DNA of 61,857 nucleotides, the filler included, from Candidatus Woesearchaeota archaeon (GTDB lineage: Archaea; Nanobdellota; Nanobdellia; Woesearchaeales; CAZJJJ01), in NCBI GenBank assembly GCA_046538795.1. It is 7 parts of 7 records of this genome, joined end to end, with 100 filler letters (N's around TTAATTAATTAA, not from the genome) between each part and the next. Parts side by side here need not be neighbours in the genome. Positions count along the whole stretch, not along the records: positions 53,962 to 61,857 come from JBKHIF010000059.1; 6 more parts are not named here. The stretch is one strand, 5' to 3'. A model generated the notes under the pieces. The model searched no databases, was not told the origin of the DNA, and worked only from the letters and a program-made list of their open reading frames with translations. Position 1 is the stretch's first letter. Every line of letters starts with the position of its first letter. Position numbers and translations under genes: made by a program. This document shows, in pieces, positions 58,108 through 61,857 of the stretch.

Positions 58108-59349
58108 ATGTCTGTAATAACATTTTTTGAAAACAGCTCAAAAAAAAGATCAAAACAAAATTCAAGAATTGCAATAATAGTTACCCTGTTTTTTTCAGCA
58201 CTTGTCTTATCAGGATGTTCACATACTGCATCACAGGGCAATCTTTTCAACAACAGGAGGGATATGAGCAAGATGGAAACTGCAACAGAACAAAAACAAA
58301 GCATATCTGTAGATATAAGCAAAGCAAGATATGAAAAAGCAACATTTGCAGGAGGCTGTTTCTGGTGTGTTGAATCATCTTTTGAAAAACACGAAGGAAT
58401 AGTCAATGCAGTATCAGGATACTCTGGAGGAAAAGAAGAAAAACCAACTTATGAAACTGTTTCAGCCGGTAGAACCGGACACAGGGAAGCAGTCCAGATA
58501 ACATACGATCCAGAACTGATAAGCTATGAAGATCTTCTTGAAATATTCTGGAAATCTATTGATCCGACAGATGATATGGGACAGTTTGCAGACAAGGGAT
58601 TCCAATACACAACTGCGATATTCTATCATAATTACGAGCAGAAAAAAATAGCAGAAGAATCAAAAAGACAGCTTGATAAATCAGGCAAGTTTGATAAACC
58701 GATTGCAACGCAGATAATACCATATGAAAAATTCTACAAAGCAGAAGAATATCATCAGGATTATTATGAAAAAAATCCTATGGAGTACAGCAGATATGAA
58801 AAAAATTCAGGAAGAAAAGATTTTATCGAAAATACGTGGAATGAAAAAGAAAGTATATGGGATTATAGTTATTGCACAAGATGCCAGGATGCAAATCAAT
58901 CTCAGGAAGATAAATACCAAAAAATATATGATGATGACCTTAAAAAAAAGCTTACTTCGCAGCAGTATGAGGTTACCCAAAAAGGCGGTACTGAAAGGGC
59001 TTTTGACAATGCATACTGGGACAACAAAGAAGAAGGGATATATGTGGATCTAGTATCAGGAAAGCCACTTTTCAGCTCAAACGACAAGTATGATTCAGGC
59101 ACAGGATGGCCTTCTTTCACAAAACCTATAGACATGAAAAACATAAAGACAAAAGAAGATAAAAGTTTTCTCATGACAAGAACAGAAGTAAAATCAAGCA
59201 ATTCAGGTTCGCATCTGGGACATGTATTTGATGACGGACCAGGACCTGAGGGAAAACGTTACTGTATAAATTCAGCAGCCTTAATATTCATACCTAAAGA
59301 CAAGCTTAAAGAAGAAGGATATGAAGAATACCTTAAGCTATTTGAATAA
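58108..59349 (+). CDS. msrAB: Bifunctional methionine sulfoxide reductase MsrA/MsrB with lipoprotein-like signal
   Basis: LVLSGC lipobox; [37 protein letters not shown]. Confidence 0.93.
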   Translation: MSVITFFENSSKKRSKQNSRIAIIVTLFFSALVLSGCSHTASQGNLFNNRRDMSKMETATEQKQSISVDISKARYEKATFAGGCFWCVESSFEKHEGIVNAVSGYSGGKEEKPTYETVSAGRTGHREAVQITYDPELISYEDLLEIFWKSIDPTDDMGQFADKGFQYTTAIFYHNYEQKKIAEESKRQLDKSGKFDKPIATQIIPYEKFYKAEEYHQDYYEKNPMEYSRYEKNSGRKDFIENTWNEKESIWDYSYCTRCQDANQSQEDKYQKIYDDDLKKKLTSQQYEVTQKGGTERAFDNAYWDNKEEGIYVDLVSGKPLFSSNDKYDSGTGWPSFTKPIDMKNIKTKEDKSFLMTRTEVKSSNSGSHLGHVFDDGPGPEGKRYCINSAALIFIPKDKLKEEGYEEYLKLFE

Positions 59350-59489
59350 CTCAAACCTATGACTATTCTCCGACCTGCTCGAAGAGTACCCTTTCAGGGC
59401 AAACCCCACAAAAACGAAAAGAAATTTTTTAAATTTCTGCGCACATTGAAACAAGGTTTCAATCGTGTTTCATGCGAAATTTTCAATAA
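59345..59489 (+). repeat. Dispersed multi-hairpin intergenic repeat, copy 4 (long form)
   Basis: AATAACTCAAACC..ATTCTCCGACCTGCTCGAAGAGTACCCTTTCAGGG...TTTTCAATAA; begins at the msrAB stop. Confidence 0.9.
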
Positions 59490-59513
59490 TCAAGAAATAA
59501 GTGTTTTTTTGGT

Positions 59514-60803
59514 TCATGTCCTAAGATCTGTGTCTGTTGTCTTTTTTATCTTTACGTTAATAATATTTCCAAGACTATGATCACCCTCTAAAATAATAGG
59601 CTTATAAGAATCATTTCTTGCGATCATGCCGCCTTTTTTTCCTTTTTCATCTATCATTGCATTTCCTTCCCAGCCAAGCCAGTATTTATTTCTCTTGAGG
59701 CTTATCTCTTTATGAAGAAGCGTCATCTTTTGTGATCTGTTCTTTATTGTTTCTGAAGGAAGCTGTTTAAATCCTGACGCATCAGTAAGATCCATAGAAG
59801 AATATTTTGAGATATTAATTATGTCAGGCATGGTTCTTTTCATGATATCAAGAGTCTCTTTAAAATCATTTTCTGTTTCTGTAGGAAATCCGCATATAAT
59901 GTCGGTTGCTATGGTGATATCTGGAAATTTGTTTCTTAGCACAGATATTATCTCTTCATATTCAGATGAAGTATATTTTCGTCTCATATCTTTTAGAACA
60001 TTATCGCTTCCGCTTTGCAAAGGCACATGAAGAAATCTGAACATCTTTTCATTTTCAAATATCTTTGCAAACCCATCAAGATATTTATGCACAAAATCAG
60101 GGTTTGCCATGCCAAGTCTTATCTTAAAATCTTTTTTGATAGCAAGTATTCTTTCAATAAGGTCTATTATGCTAATCTTAAGATCCTGACCATATGCACC
60201 TGTGTCCTGACTTGTAAGCCATACTTCTTTTATGCCTTCATTCAATCCTTTTATTATATGCCTTATTATGTCCCTGGGATTATAGCTTCTTAAGGTTCCT
60301 CTTGCAAATTTCACCTTGCAGTATGAGCAGCTTCCAAGACAACCCTTACTTACAGGGACAATGTCTATGATCTCATTTCGCCTGACTTTAGGAAGATCAA
60401 GCCTCTTTAAGTCCTTTCTTGAAGTCATCTGAACTACATTTCCCAAAAGCGTCTCAGAAACAACTTCAGTAATCTTATCAATTTGCTCGACGCCTACAAG
60501 AGAAATATCTTTTATCATCTCAGGATTTGTCTGGGTTATGCATCCAGCAACTATTATCTTTTTTCCTTTAGATGCATATTTTTCACCATATTTTTTCAGT
60601 ATGTATCCAAAACGATTGAATGTAGAAAGCTTTACTGTACAAGAATTTATTATTATCACATCTGATTCATCTATGTTATTTGTGAAAATAAATCCATCTT
60701 TTTCAAGAATTGCTCTCATAGTCTCAGAATCAGCAGTATTCAAAGCACAGCCATATGTCTCCATATAGACCTTATTTTTGTTATTATTTTTCTTAGATAT
60801 CAT
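59514..60803 (-). CDS. mtaB: tRNA t6A37 methylthiotransferase (archaeal MtaB/CDKAL1-like radical SAM)
   Basis: ETYGCALN, NSCTVK, AGC, GCLGSCSYC, QDTGAYG, RLGMANP, C-terminal TRAM domain. Confidence 0.88.
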   Translation of the reverse strand: MISKKNNNKNKVYMETYGCALNTADSETMRAILEKDGFIFTNNIDESDVIIINSCTVKLSTFNRFGYILKKYGEKYASKGKKIIVAGCITQTNPEMIKDISLVGVEQIDKITEVVSETLLGNVVQMTSRKDLKRLDLPKVRRNEIIDIVPVSKGCLGSCSYCKVKFARGTLRSYNPRDIIRHIIKGLNEGIKEVWLTSQDTGAYGQDLKISIIDLIERILAIKKDFKIRLGMANPDFVHKYLDGFAKIFENEKMFRFLHVPLQSGSDNVLKDMRRKYTSSEYEEIISVLRNKFPDITIATDIICGFPTETENDFKETLDIMKRTMPDIINISKYSSMDLTDASGFKQLPSETIKNRSQKMTLLHKEISLKRNKYWLGWEGNAMIDEKGKKGGMIARNDSYKPIILEGDHSLGNIINVKIKKTTDTDLRT

Positions 60804-60974
60804 TTTTATCAAATATAACCAATATTTGAAAAAAATATAATTTTTATATAAGGTTTTTCTTGATAAGCAGCGATCATCCAGCACAACATAATCGATAGAC
60901 TTAAATAAGAGTTTTTTATAAATGAATGTGAAATTATAATTTTTAAAGTCTAAAAAAAAGAGGTTGATGATAAA

Positions 60975-61805
60975 GTGCCGAGCAAAAAAAAGAGTTCTGT
61001 CTCAAAAGCAAAGGGCAGCAAGAAATCTGCTGCACAGGTTATAAAAGACCTGAAATCAAAAGTTGTTTCTGCAAGAAAAGGAATTACAAAAGCTAAAGAA
61101 GATGCAAAAAAGATACGTTCTGAGATGAAGAAAGAGAAATCAAAGATAGAATCCGAGCTAGACAAGCTTAGCAAGGAAAAAACACAATCAAAACTTGCAA
61201 CTCAAAAAATATCTAGTGCTGAAAAAGCTGTTGCAAAAAAAAGAGCCCAGGTGGTTCATGCTATAACAAGACTTAAAGAAAGGGTCACCAAAGCAAAATC
61301 AGAAGTCAAGAAAGCAGAAAGCAAACTTGACGTTAGCAAAAGAGCAGAATCAAGAGCAAAAGAGCTTAAGAGAAAAACAGAATCAAATGTCAAGCAGATG
61401 CTAAAGAAAGCCAACCAAAGACTGAAAAGCGCATCAGATGACGTAAAACGAAATACAACGAATCTGAACAAGCTTAAAAGCGAAGCTAAAAAGCTATCTG
61501 ATCAGCTTTCGTCAGTAGATACTCTGCCTGCTCCTGTTTCAAAGTCTGCAAAAAAGAATTCGTCTGCTAAGAAAGCTTCAAAAAAAGCAGCGCCTAAAAA
61601 ATCAAATAAAAAGGTTGCAAAAAAAGCAGCACCTAAAAAAACAGCAGTAAAGGCACCTGCAAAACAAAAAGCAAAAGCAGTGAAAAAGGCGCCTGCTAAA
61701 AAAGTGCAGAAAAAAGCAAAAGCACCGGCTAATAAAGCTTCAAAAAGGCCTGCCAAAAAAAAGGCAGCGCCTAAACAGGATGTCCCGGCTGCTCCTGCTG
61801 CATAA
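60975..61805 (+). CDS. Lys/Ala-rich coiled-coil protein with histone-H1-like tail
   Basis: GAGGT RBS and GTG start; coiled-coil N-terminal region; AAPKK/PAKK repeats; T-rich tract after the stop. Confidence 0.75.
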   Translation: MPSKKKSSVSKAKGSKKSAAQVIKDLKSKVVSARKGITKAKEDAKKIRSEMKKEKSKIESELDKLSKEKTQSKLATQKISSAEKAVAKKRAQVVHAITRLKERVTKAKSEVKKAESKLDVSKRAESRAKELKRKTESNVKQMLKKANQRLKSASDDVKRNTTNLNKLKSEAKKLSDQLSSVDTLPAPVSKSAKKNSSAKKASKKAAPKKSNKKVAKKAAPKKTAVKAPAKQKAKAVKKAPAKKVQKKAKAPANKASKRPAKKKAAPKQDVPAAPAA

Positions 61806-61857
61806 AAACTAGTTTATTTTTTTTATTCTCTTTTTTATTCTTTAATTCTCAACCTAA

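Noticed and set aside
59345..59489. ATTGAAAC and GTTTCAAT words resembling CRISPR repeat ends in the dispersed repeat
   Set aside because: They form one hairpin per copy; there is no repeat-spacer array and no cas gene in the window.

Overview
AT-rich archaeal DNA, most consistent with a DPANN (Woesearchaeota-like) genome bin. The lineage call is inferred from archaeal LeuRS, GlyRS, TBP, aIF2-beta, Rpp30 and AglB, TATA-box promoters and many lineage-type hypothetical proteins. The window is seven contigs of decreasing length joined by artificial 100-bp N-TTAATTAATTAA-N linkers, so synteny holds only within a contig. Ordinary content: an N-glycosylation cluster, tRNA synthetases, tRNA-modification genes, sugar-nucleotide genes, transporters, tRNA-Gly(GCC) and tRNA-Glu(CTC). 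The most interesting signals are: (1) a 9.6-kb cell-surface cluster whose proteins look like a donor-strand (TasA/Csu/WxL-like) fimbrial system, with a shared [IL][TQS]G motif and a duplicated hairpin/uORF leader before the candidate major subunit; (2) an overlapping CcdA-like / GcvH-like / AhpD-like / LplA operon suggesting a lipoate-dependent thiol relay; (3) a four-copy non-coding multi-hairpin element without terminal inverted repeats, plus a related branched element; (4) duplicated tRNA 3' ends downstream of both tRNAs, including an exact 99-bp tandem array; (5) apparent pseudo-enzymes (ThiI without its PP-loop, Nudix without catalytic glutamates), an RHH-nucleotidyltransferase fusion, phased TATA boxes before tbp, and a pair of Q/N-rich proteins. 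All family assignments come from motif recognition, not database searches.
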